44,119 nt of DNA from the UHGV virus genome UHGV-0155234; one strand, written 5' to 3'. The translations under genes and the position numbers were made by a program. Shown here piece by piece: positions 1 to 9,791 of this stretch. Source of the stretch: a virus. Numbering within the stretch: the stretch's first letter is position 1; each line of letters begins with the position of its first letter. The notes below the pieces were generated by a model that searched no databases, was not told the DNA's origin, and saw only the letters and a list, made by a program, of their open reading frames with translations.

Positions 1-33
1 GCTCAACAGCGGCCATGCATTTATAAACATTCA

Positions 34-69
34 AGGAGTTTGTCCCATTCGGGACGGGCTCCTTTTTTT
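34..69 (+). terminator. Intrinsic terminator upstream of scaffold gene
   Basis: AGGAGTTTGTCCC-ATTC-GGGACGGGCTCCT 13-bp stem (3 G-U) followed by T run. Confidence 0.75.
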
Positions 70-73
70 GTTT

Positions 74-115
74 GCCGACGGGCATAAACGGAATACGCCG
101 ACGGGCGGAAAACGG
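74..115 (+). repeat. Tandem direct repeat in scaffold leader
   Basis: GCCGACGGGCATAAACGG (74-91) and GCCGACGGGCGGAAAACGG (97-115); second copy runs into SD GGAGG. Confidence 0.7.
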
Positions 116-125
116 AGGAATCATC

Positions 126-626
126 ATGGCAGAACCGAATACCAATCCCAACACCGCCGAGGGCGGGAACGAGGCTACTTTTACACAAGCCGAGGTAGAC
201 AATATCGTTGCAAAGCGTCTTGCGCGGGCAACCAAAGGAATGCCTAGCGAGGAAGAAATGAACGCTTATAAGGCTTGGAAAGCCAATCAGCAGAGCGAAG
301 CGGACAAGCTCAAGGGCATTGAGAAAGAGCGCGACACCGAAAAGGCGGCGCGGCTTGCCGCCGAAGCGAAGGTAACGCAGTTTGAGCGGGAAAAGTATCT
401 GACCGCAAAGGGCGTTTCAGCTGATGAGCTGGAATTTTACTGTTTTAAGATCGGGCAGAAAGTAACGGACACGGTGAGCTTTGAAAAGGCAGCTGACGAG
501 TTTCTGAAAGATCGCAAACCCGCCTCCGTGCGTGTGGATATGTCCGCGCACGTAGGGAACAGCGGCAATAGTGCTAATGGCACGAACGACGCTATGAACG
601 CCCTTATTCGGGGCAAATTTAAATGA
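126..626 (+). CDS. Capsid scaffolding protein (DUF4355-like)
   Basis: GGAGG SD before ATG 126; TFTQAEVDNIVAKRLAR motif, coiled coil, directly before capsid gene. Confidence 0.85.
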   Translation: MAEPNTNPNTAEGGNEATFTQAEVDNIVAKRLARATKGMPSEEEMNAYKAWKANQQSEADKLKGIEKERDTEKAARLAAEAKVTQFEREKYLTAKGVSADELEFYCFKIGQKVTDTVSFEKAADEFLKDRKPASVRVDMSAHVGNSGNSANGTNDAMNALIRGKFK

Positions 627-651
627 GAATTGTGAGGTAAACACGACTAAT

Positions 652-1863
652 ATGGCTACTAACATTGTAAACAGAACCGACCTTTCCGGGCTTATCCCGG
701 AACCTGTCACCCGTGAGATCATCCAGGGTGTGACCGAGGGCAGCGCCGTCCTCCAGATGGGCCGACGCCTCCCCAACATGACCAGCAAGACCCAGACGAT
801 GAACGTTCTGGACATGCTTCCCACTGCCTACTTCGTGAACGGCGACACCGGCATGAAGCAGACCACTAAGATGAAGTGGGACAAGAAGAAAATCTATGCC
901 GAAGAGATCGCCGTTATCGTCCCCATTCCCGAGGCGGTGCTTGACGATGCCGATTATGACATCTGGGGCGAAGTCCGCCCGCGTCTCGTTGAGGCGTTCG
1001 GTAAGGTCATTGACGGTGCTATCCTGTTTGGCACGAACAAGCCCACCTCTTGGCGTGATAGCGTCCTTGAGACTTGCACGAAGGCCGGTTCCGTCGTGGC
1101 GGCGACGCCGTACATCTATGACGACCTTCTCGCCGAGGGCGGCGTGATCGCCAAGGTCGAAGAGAGCGGCTATCTCGTTAACGGCATTATGTCCGCTATC
1201 CAGATGCGCGCGAAGCTGCGCGGACTGAAAGACCTGAACGGCAACCCAATCTTCAAGACGGATATGCAGGGCGCGACGCCTTATGCGCTGGACGGCTCTC
1301 CTATGTACTTCCCGCGCAACGGTGCTTTTGACACTGCCAAGGCGCTTATGTTTGCCGGTGACTGGTCGGAGCTGGTGTACTCCATTCGCCAGGACATCAC
1401 GTTCAAGATTTTCGATCAGGGCGTTGTGCAGGATCCTTCCGACAACTCCATCGTTTACAACCTCATGCAGAATGACATGGTAGCTCTGCGTGCGGTTATG
1501 CGTCTCGGCTGGGAAATCCCGAACCCGAAGACGGCGTACAATGACACCCTGTCGAAATACTGCCCGTTCGCGGTGTACGCTCCTGCCGGTACGGTCAACA
1601 CCGTTACCGTTACCCCGGCCACCGCTACCGTTGCTAAGGGCGCGAGCAAGGCGTTTGCTGCCGCTGTGACCGGCGAGGGCGCGGTGTCTAACGGCGTGCT
1701 GTGGAGCGTTTCAGGCACAGCTGCTGTTAAGGCTGGAACGAAGATCGACGAGAACGGCACGCTGACTATCGCCTCCAACGAGACGAATACTGCGCTGACC
1801 GTTACCGCGACTTCCAAGCAGGACGGCGCGAAGTCCGGCACGGCTGCCGTTACCGTGGGCTGA
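652..1863 (+). CDS. Major capsid protein (HK97 fold) with C-terminal Ig-like domain
   Basis: LIPEPVTREIIQG, IAVIVPIPEAVLDD, FAGDWS motifs; C-terminal VTVTPATATVAKG...TVTATS Ig-like tail. Confidence 0.92.
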   Translation: MATNIVNRTDLSGLIPEPVTREIIQGVTEGSAVLQMGRRLPNMTSKTQTMNVLDMLPTAYFVNGDTGMKQTTKMKWDKKKIYAEEIAVIVPIPEAVLDDADYDIWGEVRPRLVEAFGKVIDGAILFGTNKPTSWRDSVLETCTKAGSVVAATPYIYDDLLAEGGVIAKVEESGYLVNGIMSAIQMRAKLRGLKDLNGNPIFKTDMQGATPYALDGSPMYFPRNGAFDTAKALMFAGDWSELVYSIRQDITFKIFDQGVVQDPSDNSIVYNLMQNDMVALRAVMRLGWEIPNPKTAYNDTLSKYCPFAVYAPAGTVNTVTVTPATATVAKGASKAFAAAVTGEGAVSNGVLWSVSGTAAVKAGTKIDENGTLTIASNETNTALTVTATSKQDGAKSGTAAVTVG

Positions 1864-1881
1864 TAAACCGGAGGGGCGCAG

Positions 1882-2283
1882 ATGTACGCAACATACACTT
1901 TCTACACCGATACTTATCTCGGCAGCGCCCTGACGGAACAGGAGTTTGCCCGTGCATCCAAGCGGGCAAGCTCCTTCATTGACTATTACACGATAGGAAA
2001 GGCTAAGGATTATCCGGACGATGACAACGCGCTTGCAATGTGCTGTTGTGCGCTGGCGGAACAGTATCAAATTATTGAGAACGCCAAAGCGCAGAGCATG
2101 AGCGGAGGCGAGGTCAAGAGCCAGACCGTAGGCGCGTGGAGCAAAACATATGCAAGTGGCGCAGAGACGGCGGAAGCCGCCCGGAAAACGCTGGAAAACA
2201 TCGCTATGGACTATCTGGCAAGGACAGGGCTTTTGTACAGAGGAGGGCAGCGCTGTGTTCCCACATGTTGTGACTGTCTTTAA
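1882..2283 (+). CDS. Head-tail connector/adaptor
   Basis: YATYTFY...ASSFIDYYT...SQTVGAWSKTY...LARTGLLYRG; follows capsid. Confidence 0.8.
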   Translation: MYATYTFYTDTYLGSALTEQEFARASKRASSFIDYYTIGKAKDYPDDDNALAMCCCALAEQYQIIENAKAQSMSGGEVKSQTVGAWSKTYASGAETAEAARKTLENIAMDYLARTGLLYRGGQRCVPTCCDCL

Positions 2284-2692
2284 CTCCTACGAGGACGATG
2301 ACCTAAAGATGCACAGCAGCATTACCATCCTGCGTGGTGTGCTGTTGGACGTGTCCAAGGGAACGAACGTTGCAAAGACTGGGCTTGCCGACGCTGACGC
2401 CGCTACTCTTTACATCCCCTTTTCCGTTGATGCGGTCAGTACGACAGGCGACAAGAAAACGTATGTCGAGCCAAAAGCGTTTTATGCGGCAGAGAATCAA
2501 CAGGGATTGTGGACGCTGGATAGCGGCGGACATAGCAATTCCACGTCCACCTACTTTGTCAAAGGCGAGGTCTCCGAAATGATGAGCCTTGCGCAGCTGC
2601 AAGAGAAATACGATTACGCCTTTGACGTAAACACGGTCGATGTTCGGGACTTCGGCGGCGATATGCGCCACTTCCAAGTAGGTGCGAAATGA
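2255..2692 (+). CDS. Head closure/neck protein (DUF6751-like)
   Basis: GTG start after AGGAGG; FPHVVTVFN...DFGGDMRHFQVGAK; neck position. Confidence 0.7.
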   Translation: MFPHVVTVFNSYEDDDLKMHSSITILRGVLLDVSKGTNVAKTGLADADAATLYIPFSVDAVSTTGDKKTYVEPKAFYAAENQQGLWTLDSGGHSNSTSTYFVKGEVSEMMSLAQLQEKYDYAFDVNTVDVRDFGGDMRHFQVGAK

Positions 2693-3120
2693 ATATCACA
2701 ATAAAGATTAAGCCCATCAGCGCAAAGGGCTTCCGTAAGGCTTGTAAGCTGGAGGAAGTTGTCTTAGCGGATCAGATCGAAAAGGACACCCGCGAATACG
2801 TACCTTTCCTTAATGGTGTGTTGCAGAAGAACACAAAAGTAATTCTGAACACGATTGTGTACACGGCTGATTATGTCCGTTATCTCTGGTATGGCAAGGT
2901 AATGGTTGATGAGCAGGGGCGGCACGCTGTGTTCTATGAAGGTAAAGGGTGGCGACACCGCAAGGGTTCTCATCTGCACCAAATAGATAAAAACCTCGTT
3001 TTTACACAGCAGCACAGCCCGAAAGCACAATCGCATTGGGTCGAAGCCTCTTATGCGGATAACGGAAAGAAATGGGCGGAAGTCGCTGAAAGGGGCGTGA
3101 AACACTTCCTTGGACAATGA
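2689..3120 (+). CDS. Minor capsid/neck protein (Minor_capsid_2 / HK97 gp10-like)
   Basis: DTREYVPFLNGVL, YVRYLWYGKVM, PKAQSHW motifs. Confidence 0.75.
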   Translation: MNITIKIKPISAKGFRKACKLEEVVLADQIEKDTREYVPFLNGVLQKNTKVILNTIVYTADYVRYLWYGKVMVDEQGRHAVFYEGKGWRHRKGSHLHQIDKNLVFTQQHSPKAQSHWVEASYADNGKKWAEVAERGVKHFLGQ

Positions 3121-3559
3121 GAAACCCAAAACCTTAGTATCTGCGGAGGAAAACACAGACGTGAGCCGCGCCGTGCGGCAATGGTTGAATGCGTACCCGG
3201 ACAAACCGCTTTCCAAGCTCGACTTTGAATGGTTGGGCGAGAAAATCGGTTTATGCATTTCCACCATTCAGGCGGCGTACAAAACCAAGCAGTTTATCGA
3301 CGGTTCGTATCAGGCGCAGTACCAGTTCAAAATCATTTACCGCGTACCGGCGAAGAACGCCGACGAGAGAATGAGCGCGGATGAGGTTCTGGATGTATAC
3401 GGCGCGTGGGCGGAGGCGAACGTGGATAGCCTTACGATTGCGGACTGTATCCGCGTGCGCAAAGTCAAACGCGACACGGCGGCGGCTCTTTTTGCCAGAT
3501 ACGAAGGAGACGTAGAGGATCACCAGATCCTCTTAACTTTAATTTACGAGGTGATTTAA
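3110..3559 (+). CDS. Putative tail terminator protein
   Basis: Directly before major tail gene; DGSYQAQYQFKIIYR. Confidence 0.65.
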   Translation: MDNEKPKTLVSAEENTDVSRAVRQWLNAYPDKPLSKLDFEWLGEKIGLCISTIQAAYKTKQFIDGSYQAQYQFKIIYRVPAKNADERMSADEVLDVYGAWAEANVDSLTIADCIRVRKVKRDTAAALFARYEGDVEDHQILLTLIYEVI

Positions 3560-3562
3560 CGA

Positions 3563-4072
3563 ATGGCTGAATACACGTTTACCACTACTGCTGGTCAGAC
3601 TGTGGCGCGTGAGCTGCTTCTCGCTTATCTGAACACCGGCACGAGTTCCGCTCCTGTTTGGTCGGTGATCGGCAAGCGCGTGGAGGACAGCTCCGAGGAA
3701 TACGACTGGTCTACCGAGAGCAAGAAAGACATTCTCGGCGACACCTACGGCACGATGAAGAAGCCTGTCATTACGCAGTCTTTCGAGCCGTGCGAGCTGG
3801 ACAGCGGCGACGCGGCGCAGCAGAAGATTTGGAAGCTCGCCGTTGTCGATCAGGACGCGATGGCGCTTGCGGCTATGGACATGCTCATCGTCCACACTTA
3901 CGCGGGATTTGCCGAGCGCTACGAATCCTGCATGGTCGAGGTCACTGGTCTCGGCGGTGAGGGCGGCGGCAGCGTCGGAATGCCCATCAATGTGACCTAC
4001 GGCGGCAAGCGCACCATCGGCACGGCGACGAAGGGCGCTAGCGGCGCTATCGAGTTTACGCCGGAGACCTAA
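3563..4072 (+). CDS. Major tail (tube) protein
   Basis: IGKRVEDSSEEYDWSTESKKDILG, GLGGEGGG motifs; position. Confidence 0.8.
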   Translation: MAEYTFTTTAGQTVARELLLAYLNTGTSSAPVWSVIGKRVEDSSEEYDWSTESKKDILGDTYGTMKKPVITQSFEPCELDSGDAAQQKIWKLAVVDQDAMALAAMDMLIVHTYAGFAERYESCMVEVTGLGGEGGGSVGMPINVTYGGKRTIGTATKGASGAIEFTPET

Positions 4073-4090
4073 TTTTCGGGAGGTTAAGCA

Positions 4091-4510
4091 ATGCTTGAAC
4101 TTAGACATGATACCGGAGTACAGGAAATCTCCATCAACGGAAAGGTGACGGTGTTGCTCAACCTCACCGACATTGACTTTATCGAGCGCGTTTTTAATGC
4201 GTTTGACGCGATGGACAAGCAGCAGGACAAATATCAGGCGATGCTCGCCGGGGAGAACGACGCGAAGAAAATCTTTGCTGCCGCCCGCGCGATGGACGGG
4301 GAGATGAGAGAGTTTATCAACGGGCTTTTTGGCTTTGATGTTTGCACTCCCCTGTATGGCACGATGAACACCTATGCGATGGCGGATGGTCTGCCCGTGT
4401 GGTGCAACCTGATGCTCTGCCTCATCGACAACATGAACGATACCTTTACGGCGGAAAAGAAAAAGACGAATCCGAAGCTGCAAAAGTATCTCGCAAAATT
4501 CAAGAAATGA
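4091..4510 (+). CDS. Tail assembly chaperone
   Basis: Between tail tube and tape measure genes; GGAGGT SD. Confidence 0.7.
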   Translation: MLELRHDTGVQEISINGKVTVLLNLTDIDFIERVFNAFDAMDKQQDKYQAMLAGENDAKKIFAAARAMDGEMREFINGLFGFDVCTPLYGTMNTYAMADGLPVWCNLMLCLIDNMNDTFTAEKKKTNPKLQKYLAKFKK

Positions 4511-5046
4511 TCTACTCCCTGCCGATGTCGCTTGCCGTCGGTGGTGCAGACCATGCGATACGCTCGGACTACAGGGTTATTCTCGACCTCATAGAGGTTC
4601 TGAATGACCCTGATTTTTCCGATACAGACAAGGCGGAGGCGACAATACAGACGATTTTCCCCGATTGGGAAAAACTGACGGACTATTCGGAGGCATTGGA
4701 GAAGTGCTTCTGGTTTATCGATCTCGGACAGCCGCACGGGAAGAAATCAGCCCGTCTTGTGGATTGGGAAAAGGACTTCCCTTATATCGTCGCGCCGGTC
4801 AACCGTGTGCTCGGCTACGAATGCCGCTCGGTCGAATATCTCCACTGGTGGACATTCATGGGCGCGTACATGGAGATCGGCGGGGACTGTGCATTCTCGC
4901 AGATCGTGTCGCTGCGCTCGAAGATCGCCAAAGGCAAAAAGCTCGAAAAATACGAGCGGGAATGGCTGCGGCAGAATCTGGAGCTTGTAACGCTCCCGAC
5001 GAAGTACACGGCAGAGGACGAAGAAATGTTGAAGAAATGGACGTGA
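4507..5046 (+). CDS. Gp15-family tail assembly protein
   Basis: IRSDYRVILD, DWEKDFPYI, YLHWWTFM motifs; ATGA overlap. Confidence 0.8.
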   Translation: MIYSLPMSLAVGGADHAIRSDYRVILDLIEVLNDPDFSDTDKAEATIQTIFPDWEKLTDYSEALEKCFWFIDLGQPHGKKSARLVDWEKDFPYIVAPVNRVLGYECRSVEYLHWWTFMGAYMEIGGDCAFSQIVSLRSKIAKGKKLEKYEREWLRQNLELVTLPTKYTAEDEEMLKKWT

Positions 5047-5050
5047 TGCG

Positions 5051-7204
5051 ATGGCGACAGAACTTAGATTCCCGGTAGAGATCGACGCCGGGCAAGCCGC
5101 CAAAGAATTGGATAAGCTCCAACGCGACATGGACAGGCTCAAAAAGAACATGGAGAGCGGCGAGGCGAAACGCGCACCCATCGTTGAACAGCTCAAACAA
5201 GCGCAGGACGAGGCGGCGCAGGCTTACGATAAGGTCGAAAAGCTAAAATCCTCCCTTGCCGAGAGTGAGGCCAAAACCGCAATTAACGCCAACGCTGATC
5301 CGCAGACATGGATCGAAGAGACCCAGCGGCAGGCGGAAATCAAAGCGCAGCTTTCCGAACAGGAAAAGATTCTCGCGGCGAAAGAGAAAGCCGCACAGCG
5401 GCTTGAAGTGCAGGACGCAAAAATCGTTGACAAACTGAAACAGCAGACAGCGGAGCTGGAAGAACAGAAAAAAAGAGCCGGGGAGCTGACGCAGACAATC
5501 ACCGATGCGTCCAAAGGCGCTGACATCAAGGCTGCAATGGAGGGTGCGCAGCAGTCCATCAAAAGCGGCATGAAGAATCTGCTCAAATATGGCATTGGTA
5601 TCCGCTCGCTGTTCGTTCTTTTCCGAAAGCTAAAGCAATACACCATTGAAGCTGTAAAGGCTTATGCCGAGAACGACCCGGAGACGAAGAAAAGCATTAA
5701 CGAACTGAAAGCGTCTTTGCAGGGGCTAAAGGCCTCATGGGGCGCTGCGTTCGCCCCAATTCTTACGGCGGTCATCCCGGTATTGCAGACGCTCATTGGC
5801 TGGATCACAAAGGCTGTGGACGCTATCGCGGCGTTCTTTGCGGCGCTTAGTGGGAAAAGCACATTCAAGCGGGCCATAACCAACACGGGAAAGTTGAGCG
5901 ACAATCTATCCTCCGGCGCTGGCGCTGCAAAGGAAATGAAAAAGCAGCTCATGGGCATTGATACGCTGACCATTGCGCAGGATTCGTCCTCCGGCGGCGG
6001 CGGGGGCGGTTCCGGCAGCGGGATCAAGTACGAAGATGTAGCGATCAGTGACAAGATTAAGAACAACCTCGGGATTATCAAAAACCTGTTGGAGGGGATA
6101 GCAGCGCTTGCTATCGGGCTTGCGTTCGGGAAAACTGCCGCGAGCATTGCGCTGATTCTTTTCGGCACTCTGGATTTGATTGATGCTTTTAAAAATTTCA
6201 TCAACACCGGAAGCCTTACGAAAGACATGTGCGTGGAGATGTCAACCGGCTTTCTTAAAATCGGTATCGGTCTTGCCCTTCTCACCGGATCATGGATACC
6301 GCTTGCAATCGGAGCGTTCCTTGCTCTCGGTTCATTCCTGTCCGGGTGGTGGGACGACATCACCGCGTTTTTCGACAAGATCAGCGGCATAGTCAATGGG
6401 TGGTTCGACAATGCGCTGAAAACGCTTTCCGAAAAGGGCAACGTCCTTTCGCAAATATTCATTCTGCTTTACGGCGTCGTTCAGTATTCTTTTAACAATA
6501 TCGTCGGCGCTATTCGCACGGCATTGTCACTTATAAAGGCGATCTTTGAAACTCTGGCCGCTGTTGTATACGGTTTCGCCACAGGCGATTGGTCGGCGGC
6601 GCTTGACAAGATCAAGAGCGCATGGATCGACGTCTGGGCTGAAATCAAACGCTGGGGCGCTTCACTTATCAACAGTATCCTTGGCACTGTGGAAGCGTTT
6701 GTAAACGGCGTTATTACGATGTTCAATAACCTCGTCGGGGCGTTCAGCAGCGTTTTGCAATTCTTCGGTGGCGGCGGCATAAAGTGGCGTGCAAGCTCTG
6801 TATCTATCCCGCGTCTCGCCAAGGGCGGCATCGTCAAGAAGGGCACTCCGTTTATTGCCGGTGAAGATGGCTCGGAGGCCGTCATTCCGCTTGAGCGGAA
6901 CACGCAGTGGGTGTCGATGGTCGCGGACGGCATCGTTGACCGTATGACGGATAAGTTCGCCGGTTTGAGCATGAAAATGCCCGCCGTTGCTATGGGCTGT
7001 GTAGTTCCGCCTAATGCGTTTCCCTCCTGGTATGGGTATGGTATATCCCCAGAGCTGGAAAGTAAGCTTGACGCGCTTCTCGACCGTTTAACGTCGCGTG
7101 GCAACGAACAAATCAAACCGAGCGACGTTTACCTTGATAAGCGGAAGGTCGGTGAGATCATGTACACCTACACCGAGGAACGGAACAGGGGGCGCGGCAA
7201 ATGA
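5051..7204 (+). CDS. Tail tape measure protein
   Basis: 717 aa; coiled coil, hydrophobic Ala/Gly repeats, IPRLAKGGIV...AGEDGSEAVIPL. Confidence 0.9.
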   Translation: MATELRFPVEIDAGQAAKELDKLQRDMDRLKKNMESGEAKRAPIVEQLKQAQDEAAQAYDKVEKLKSSLAESEAKTAINANADPQTWIEETQRQAEIKAQLSEQEKILAAKEKAAQRLEVQDAKIVDKLKQQTAELEEQKKRAGELTQTITDASKGADIKAAMEGAQQSIKSGMKNLLKYGIGIRSLFVLFRKLKQYTIEAVKAYAENDPETKKSINELKASLQGLKASWGAAFAPILTAVIPVLQTLIGWITKAVDAIAAFFAALSGKSTFKRAITNTGKLSDNLSSGAGAAKEMKKQLMGIDTLTIAQDSSSGGGGGGSGSGIKYEDVAISDKIKNNLGIIKNLLEGIAALAIGLAFGKTAASIALILFGTLDLIDAFKNFINTGSLTKDMCVEMSTGFLKIGIGLALLTGSWIPLAIGAFLALGSFLSGWWDDITAFFDKISGIVNGWFDNALKTLSEKGNVLSQIFILLYGVVQYSFNNIVGAIRTALSLIKAIFETLAAVVYGFATGDWSAALDKIKSAWIDVWAEIKRWGASLINSILGTVEAFVNGVITMFNNLVGAFSSVLQFFGGGGIKWRASSVSIPRLAKGGIVKKGTPFIAGEDGSEAVIPLERNTQWVSMVADGIVDRMTDKFAGLSMKMPAVAMGCVVPPNAFPSWYGYGISPELESKLDALLDRLTSRGNEQIKPSDVYLDKRKVGEIMYTYTEERNRGRGK

Positions 7205-7566
7205 AACTGATCGTCAACGGCGTTGATATGCTTCCCTATCTTGACGGCGGCGGGTACACCGTGACCAGAGAGGACGGCGACAGCTCGGACGCGGGGCGCA
7301 CGATGGATTACGTGATGCACCGGGCGAGGATCGCAACAAAATTCCGCATTGATGCAACGTTTAAGCCCCTGTACACCAAAGACGCCGAGATCGTTTTGCC
7401 AGCGCTTATGCCGGAGTACGTCGAAGTAACATACACAAACCCGTGGTTAAAGGGGACGCAAGTCACGACGATGTACAACAGCACAGGAAAAGCCACGGTC
7501 GATACATCTTTCGGTGATGGGAAAGAACGCTGGAACATTGATGCGCTCGCCCTTGTGGAGAGATAG
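7201..7566 (+). CDS. Distal tail-like protein (DUF6711-like)
   Basis: Follows TMP; DSSDAGRTMD motif. Confidence 0.65.
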   Translation: MKLIVNGVDMLPYLDGGGYTVTREDGDSSDAGRTMDYVMHRARIATKFRIDATFKPLYTKDAEIVLPALMPEYVEVTYTNPWLKGTQVTTMYNSTGKATVDTSFGDGKERWNIDALALVER

Positions 7567-7568
7567 CC

Positions 7569-8339
7569 ATGCAGAACACAAGCGCAACATACAAGGAAAT
7601 CGTCGCCGGTACGCATTGGTTCGAGACCAAACTCGTCATCGGCGACGAGTTTTATTTAATCGATGAGCACGCCGATTATATCACGTTCGGCGGGACAAGG
7701 ATTTACTACGATTCCGATTCCGGCGGCTATGGCGGGAACATGCTCAAAGAGATCAAGACCACGCAGCACCTTTTCACGGACGACAAGCCGATGGTCGGGT
7801 GCTGTGTAGCGGCGGAAATTGACGTGACGATGGTAAAGCCGACGGCGACGATCAAGAGAATGTCCTCCATCAAGCCGTTTATCCGCGCGGTGAATGAAAC
7901 AAAGACAAGCGAGTGGATACCGAAAGGTATCTTTTACATCGACACGCGCTCCGACGGTGAGAGTACCGATGAGATCGTTTTCCACGGGTATGACGCGATG
8001 TTAAAGGCCGAGAACGATTTTCCTGTGAATGGGAACATCGGCGAATGGCCCAAAACGGACATTGACGTTGTAAGCCTTATTGCTGGGCATATGGGTGTGG
8101 AGGTCGATACACGCACGTTTGATATCATGCAGCGTGGGTATCCGGTGCAGTATCCCGGAGGATACGCCATGAGGGAAATCCTTGGATACATCGCGGCGAT
8201 GTACGCGGGAAATTTCATCATGTCAGACGATGGAAAGCTCCGTCTTGTCCGGCTGAATGAGATCGGCATCGAGACACACTATCTCGTGGATACCGCCGGG
8301 TATGTCCTCACTTTCGGAGGTGACAGGATTCTTGTCTGA
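7569..8339 (+). CDS. Tail/baseplate hub protein
   Basis: VGCCVAAEIDV, GYDAMLKA, MREILGYIAAMYAGNF; tail module. Confidence 0.7.
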   Translation: MQNTSATYKEIVAGTHWFETKLVIGDEFYLIDEHADYITFGGTRIYYDSDSGGYGGNMLKEIKTTQHLFTDDKPMVGCCVAAEIDVTMVKPTATIKRMSSIKPFIRAVNETKTSEWIPKGIFYIDTRSDGESTDEIVFHGYDAMLKAENDFPVNGNIGEWPKTDIDVVSLIAGHMGVEVDTRTFDIMQRGYPVQYPGGYAMREILGYIAAMYAGNFIMSDDGKLRLVRLNEIGIETHYLVDTAGYVLTFGGDRILV

Positions 8340-9507
8340 ATCGGTTTTTATCGGAAGAAGCGCAAAGGGATACACTTCAACGCCGGAGCTGCCGAAATAC
8401 ACCAAAGTCCGTATTAACGTTGACGATGATTCCTTCTATGAGGCCGGGAGTGGGGATAATGTCTTAGAGCTTGACTGCCCGTGGGGTTCTCAACAGATGG
8501 CGAATGACATTTTAGAGAGCATCGGTGAGTTTGTCTATCGACCGTATGACACGGAATGGGCAAAGCTCGACCCTGCGGCAGAGTTAGGTGACGGCGTTAC
8601 CATCAACGGTGTTTTCTCCGGCATTTACGTCAACGAAACGAATTTCTCCACGCTGATGGCAGCGCGTATCGCCGCACCGCAGGAGAACGTGGTTGACCAT
8701 GAGTACCCCTATAAATCTCCTACCGACCGTAAGACCACCCGGCAGTTTGCCGAGACGCGGGCAAGTCTTAGAGTTAATGCCGCGAGCATTCAGGCGGAGG
8801 TCACGGCCAGAAAAACGAGCGAAACGGAAATGCGGGCGGCATTGGAGCTGCACGCGCAGGAGATCGCCGCGAGAGTGACGCAGACCGGCGGCAATTCCGC
8901 TTCCTTTGGATGGTCGCTGACGGCAGACGGGTTTGTGCTAAAAAGCTCCGGGCAGGAAGTGTTCAAGGCCACGAAAGACGGCGTGGACATCACCGGCAAG
9001 ATCACGGCCACGTCTGGATTTATCGGCAGCAAGAATAAGGGCTTCACGATCACGGAGAACGCCATTTATAACGCTCTGTCCTCGCTGTACGGTACGGTGA
9101 ACGGCGTTTACATCGGAACTGACGGTATCGCTCTCGGCGGCGGGAAGTTCCGCGTAAACAGCTACGGGCAGCTATACGCAACAGACGGCACGTTTACAGG
9201 GAATGTCTATGCCAACAAGATACAGACCGGCGGCGACGCCGGAACAATTCAAGGCAGCCAGATAGGGTCTGGAACAATCACGACGGCGAACACTAACGGA
9301 TATCTGAATGGCGGCGTTGCAAACGGGTATTTTGCCGGGGACGTGTTCGGCGGGGCGGCAATCGCAAGCGCGATGAATGCAAGTAGCGGTTCTTTTGCCG
9401 ACACAAATTCCTTCCGTTTGTTCGGAAGAACGGTTGTTATGCAGACGCAAACGTTCAGCACTGCAGTACCACAAACGGTGCAAATTAAATGCCTTTCTTA
9501 CATTTAG
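8332..9507 (+). CDS. Tail spike/baseplate protein
   Basis: TTG start after GGAGGTGA; DPAAELGDGV motif, coiled coil, then Gly-rich beta repeats. Confidence 0.65.
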   Translation: MSESVFIGRSAKGYTSTPELPKYTKVRINVDDDSFYEAGSGDNVLELDCPWGSQQMANDILESIGEFVYRPYDTEWAKLDPAAELGDGVTINGVFSGIYVNETNFSTLMAARIAAPQENVVDHEYPYKSPTDRKTTRQFAETRASLRVNAASIQAEVTARKTSETEMRAALELHAQEIAARVTQTGGNSASFGWSLTADGFVLKSSGQEVFKATKDGVDITGKITATSGFIGSKNKGFTITENAIYNALSSLYGTVNGVYIGTDGIALGGGKFRVNSYGQLYATDGTFTGNVYANKIQTGGDAGTIQGSQIGSGTITTANTNGYLNGGVANGYFAGDVFGGAAIASAMNASSGSFADTNSFRLFGRTVVMQTQTFSTAVPQTVQIKCLSYI

Positions 9508-9516
9508 GAGGTCTAT

Positions 9517-9789
9517 ATGGACAAAATCATTTTTCTTGACGGAAGCGAATACCCGTGCGCGTTCTGCGGCCTTGCGACTGTTGGACTGCTGTATGTCACG
9601 CTGACCGGCCTTTCATTCGTGGAAGCTGCGGCGATCTTCGGAGATGAGAAGAAAACGGCGAAAATCCGCTATGTAGCCGCAAACGGAGAAGAGACGGTAT
9701 TCGAGCACTATACCAAGTTTGAATATCTCGTCAATGAAACCGGCGGACAACGGGCAGCGCTGCGGCAGAAGTACGCGAGCGAGGTTTAA
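9517..9789 (+). CDS. Hypothetical tail-module protein
   Basis: AGGAGGT SD, 90-aa ORF. Confidence 0.7.
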   Translation: MDKIIFLDGSEYPCAFCGLATVGLLYVTLTGLSFVEAAAIFGDEKKTAKIRYVAANGEETVFEHYTKFEYLVNETGGQRAALRQKYASEV

Positions 9790-9791
9790 TC

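Noticed and set aside
72..125. Extended N-terminus of the scaffold ORF (likewise 2150, 4342, 14426, 20302, 38531 starts)
   Set aside because: Downstream starts have proper SD sites or stop-start coupling.
3539..4483. 314-aa minus-strand ORF
   Set aside because: Antisense shadow of tail tube and chaperone genes; no SD or motifs.
5662..7116. Long minus-strand ORFs in the tape measure gene
   Set aside because: Codon-bias shadows of the TMP.
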